DNA from: the human T2T-CHM13v2.0 reference genome, Homo sapiens
NCBI RefSeq assembly: GCF_009914755.1
Contig: NC_060925.1
Direction: 5' to 3' (one strand)
Length of the DNA stretch: 64,000 nt
Below, in pieces: positions 59,599 through 64,000 of this stretch (position 1 is its first letter; every line of letters starts with the position of its first letter). The notes under the pieces are model-generated. The model was given only the letters and a program-made list of their open reading frames with translations, was not told the DNA's origin and made no database searches. Made by a program: the position numbers and the translations under genes.

Positions 59599-59895
59599 GG
59601 CCAGGCATGATGGCTCACGCCTGTAATTTCAGCACTTTGGAAGGCCGAGGTGGGAGGATTACTTCAGACTAGGAGTTTGACAACAGCCTGACAACATAGC
59701 AAGACCCCTGTTTTTTTTCTTTCTGCTCTTTAAAATAATTCCACATACAATCATTCCCAATTTTGACAAGTTTTAAAAATTATCTGGGCATGAGCACACA
59801 CCTGTAATCCTAGCTACTTGGAAGGTTGAGGCAGGAGGATTACTTTAGCTATGATCACAATACTGCACTCCAGGCTGGGCAACGGAGCAACTCTG

Positions 59896-59928
<33 letters not shown>

Positions 59929-60251
59929 GAGACACAGTCTGGCTCTGTCATCCAGGCTGGAGTGCAGTGGCACAATCTCGGCTCACTGCAAGCTCCGCCT
60001 CCCGCCTCCCACGTTCAAGCCATTCTCCTGCCTCAGACTCCGGAGTTGCTGGGACTACAGGCACCCGCCACCACACCTGGCTAATTTTTTGTATTTTTAG
60101 TAGAGACGGGGTTTCACCGTGTTAACCAGGATGGTCTCGATCTCCTGACCTCATGATCAGCCCACCTCGGCCTCCCAAAATGCTGGGATTACAGGCATGA
60201 GCCACCGCGCCCGGCAAAACTCTGTCTCTTAAAAAAACTTAAACAATAAAA
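59599..60251 (+). mobile_element. AluJ host element interrupted by an antisense AluY
   Basis: TSD aagattcagtt(t/c)a at 59585-59597 and 60252-60264. Confidence 0.82.
59901..60215 (-). mobile_element. AluY nested in the AluJ 3' end
   Basis: Y diagnostics (gcaagctccgcc, ccattctcc, gatggtctcgatctcc); TSD aactctg(c/t)ctctt. Confidence 0.9.
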
Positions 60252-60371
60252 AAGATTCAGTTCAAAAGTCATTCTCTCTCTCTGGAACCTTTCCAAATGT
60301 CACTTCCCTCCTTCTGCCTTGGCCATCAGTTGTTCCTGCCCTAGTGTTCCCATAGTACTTTGAATATGTTT

Positions 60372-60518
60372 CCACCACGCCAAGCTTATTTTTGTATTTT
60401 TTGCAGATACAGGGTTTCACCAAGTTGCCCAGGCTGGTCTCAAACTCCTGGGCTCAAGAGATTTGACCACCTTGGCTTCCCAAAGTGCTGGACTTACAGG
60501 TGTGAGTTACCATGCCCA
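60372..60518 (-). mobile_element. Alu left-arm fragment (J/FLAM-like)
   Basis: ccaccacgcc...gttgcccaggctggtctcaaactcctgggctcaag. Confidence 0.8.
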
Positions 60519-60749
60519 ATGCATTTTGAATATATTTCAACCAGAACATTAGTTACATTAGATTGAATAGGCCACTTGAATCTGCCTATATTAAATCATT
60601 TCAGACCTACAAAAACAGAAATTTTATGGTTCACTCTAATATTAGTGGTGAGTAAAAAATTTTATGATTCACCCTAATATTAGTATTTCTTTATACTTCT
60701 GCTGTCCCCTCCCTCCCTGTATTATGCTCATAACAAGAGTGGAATGCTA

Positions 60750-61600
<851 letters not shown>

Positions 61601-62057
61601 TAAGAATATATTATATCAGAAACCAAGGGTGTGTATAGCCAAAGAGCACAGGGGTTTTAAGAAGATGAAGAAGTAATGGTCCAGATATAGTGGAGAATAA
61701 AAAAATACAGTTATCTTCACCTCTCTTCTTTGGGATGGGAGGGGTGCAGGAGAATGTGCTGCATCCATTTAAAAGAGCTACAGAGGAAGTAGTATGTTCT
61801 CCATGACTCAGGAGATAGCCTGGCTTCCACTTAAGGCCAGGACACACAAAAAGACATCCAATAAAATGGTTAACAATGTAGGAAACAGGAGTTTGAGAGA
61901 GCAAGTGGAAGGAGCAAAAAAGCAGGGCTGGAAGAGAGTAAAAGGAAGCCAGGTCAAAATAAGAATAACAGTATGGAAGACAGACCGTTTGATTCTGGGA
62001 CAAAGATAACAGGTGATAAGTCTTGCTGGGTTTATCTGGCGATAAGGTTATCAAAAG

Positions 62058-62360
62058 GTTTCAGGGCCCCCCTCTGCCCTTTGGATACCAAATTCCAGGG
62101 ATGATCGGATCCCTACATAAAATCATATTTGCATATGATCTACACACATCCTCCTATGTATTTTAACATCTCTAGATTATAAAACCTAACACAATACAAG
62201 TGCTATGTAAATAGTTGTTATACTATTGTTTAGGGAATAATGACAAGAAAAAAGTCTGTACATGTTCAGTACAGATGCAACCATCCTTTTTCCATATTTT
62301 CAATCCATAATTGGTTGAATACACAGATGCAGAACCCATGGATACAGAAGGCCAAATGTA
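62058..62360 (+). mobile_element. MER2 (TcMar-Tigger)
   Basis: gctatgtaaatagttgttatact...ttagggaataatgacaagaaaaaagtctgtacatgttcagtacagatgcaacc...gaacccatggatacagaagg. Confidence 0.85.
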
Positions 62361-63379
62361 ATTAGTTCTAGCAGTTTACGGTGGCTAGAGAGTTAACACT
62401 AAGGTCTTGGAATGCTGTGGTTAAATTCCCTCATTCACAGATGGGGAGAGAAAGACCCAACATTTGAGTGCCTGATATGTGACCAACATTATCTAAAGTA
62501 CTTTGCACTTTATCTTAGTTAAACCTTACAGCTACATCTTCCTTCATTTTATAAATGACAAAGTAAAAGTGATCTGCCAGGGGTTGTGCGGTTAATTTTT
62601 AGTGACATTGAGGAACTCAGGTTTCCTTTAAAATCCTAATCAGTATGGCGGAATAAAAAAGACAGAATTTGAAATTAGAGCTTCTTCGGTCACTTTCTAC
62701 CAGTGAGATCTTGTATGTTTCTTAACCTCACGAAGCCTATCAATCAAATAAGATTACTGCAAAGATTAACCTACAACTACAAAACAAATCTTAGATTTTT
62801 TTAACCTAAAATTGGCCTACACAGGAACTTCTTTTCAAGTGTGGAATTTCTTATTTCGTTTATTGCAAACAAAAATTTGAAGTTTCTGAATTGATGCCTA
62901 TACATTTTACAGATAGTAAACTGAGGTAGAGAAAGAAGACATCCAATGTGTGGCTCCCTAATGTATCCAGAATCAACTCCAAACTGCATCACAGTTTCGG
63001 ATCTTTAATACCAATGCCCCAGCCCATCTCTCTAGCCATATTTCCTACTATTAGCTTTTACAAATACAATACTCAAACCTGTGGTAGCTATTTTTAACAA
63101 AGATACCATACCCTATGCTTTCCCTATTTTATATATCTACCTAAATTATTTACTCTATTGAAATTTGTTCATGGCCCAAGTAAAATTCATTTTGAAATGA
63201 AGCCCAACCTTGTTTCCAAATGCTTAGAAATGACAGCTCCCTCCTCTGAACTGCTTTACCACTTTGCTACTACCTCCCTTAGAGTACTCACTATGTTCTA
63301 TTTTATAACTTAGGTAAGCATGTAAAAGGTTCATTTCAGCTAGCAGAGCATAAGCCCCTTAAATGAAGGAAGAAAGGAA

Positions 63380-63622
63380 CTAATATTTACTTTGTATCTA
63401 TGAATCACCAATCGCTTGTGATTTTATGTGGTATGTGTGTATATATTTTTTCATGTAATATTTGTGATATCCTATGAAGTATAAATTTTTTACAGATAAG
63501 GACACTGAAGCTCACAGAGGCTAAATAATTTGTTTACAGTCATAAAGCTAGTAAGTGACAGAGTCTAGATCTGAATTTTGGTGTTTCTAACTCCAAAGCC
63601 TAGGCTCTTTCCACTATACTCT
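63380..63622 (-). mobile_element. MIR
   Basis: ttttacagataaggacactgaagctcacagaggctaaataatttg...gctctttccactatac. Confidence 0.75.
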
Positions 63623-64000
63623 GTCTAGAAAACCATGGGTATATCCTCACTGCTTTATCTGATTGTTCCCTACCCACCCACTAATGATCATCAGAGGAAA
63701 AAACCTCCACTGCCCTTTGTCATTAAGTATTAGCAGAAAGGATTCAATATGAGGTATGTGCCCTCCCACTTTCCAAGACTAAGAACAGACTCTTCAGAGC
63801 AAACAGAATGATTAATATGAGTCCTGAATAAAGATAGAGATCAGAACTCTGCTTCCAGGAAGGAAAAGTAAAAAAACTATTACCTTCTCACTCTTGTGTT
63901 TAAAAACCCCTCCTCCTTCAAGGTTTGCACCATCTGGCTATATAACTCTCTACCCCACCTCCTCATCTGTCATCTACCACCCTCCTGATTAATCCCCTAT

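Noticed and set aside
61611-62054. 147-aa minus-strand ORF
   Set aside because: Non-ATG start, no recognisable domain, composition typical of a chance ORF in pyrimidine-rich sequence
63878-64000. Minus-strand donor AAG|GTAATA as an exon end
   Set aside because: No acceptor visible inside the window and the sequence looks L2-like

Overview
Human genomic DNA (an L1HS-Ta element is human-specific), non-coding and dense in repeats. No host protein-coding exon could be recognised. The window holds two near full-length, ORF-disrupted LINE-1s on the + strand: L1PA4-like at 1707-7798 and L1PA6-like at ~30521-37615. The second carries a nested L1HS Ta-0 insertion and an antisense Alu. Also present are about 25 Alus, several LTRs (MLT2, MLT1, MER9, MER39, MER21, LTR47-like), DNA transposons (MER3, MER58A, MER33/Charlie5, MER5C, MER2) and many L2/MIR/L3 relics. 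The L1 strand bias and two exon-like segments (57645-57770 and 19768-19844, minus strand) suggest introns of a gene transcribed on the minus strand. I see no new coding system. The most unusual signals are traces of local DNA-to-DNA copying: about six templated insertions or fold-backs whose donor lies within 1.6 kb, plus non-consensus variants shared by the two L1s 29 kb apart (probable ectopic gene conversion). Also notable are a probably polymorphic L1HS Ta-0 that creates an in-frame EN-CTD chimera and an intact ORF0 extended to 194 aa. Subfamily names come from remembered consensus sequences and need RepeatMasker/Dfam confirmation; boundaries of old repeats are approximate.
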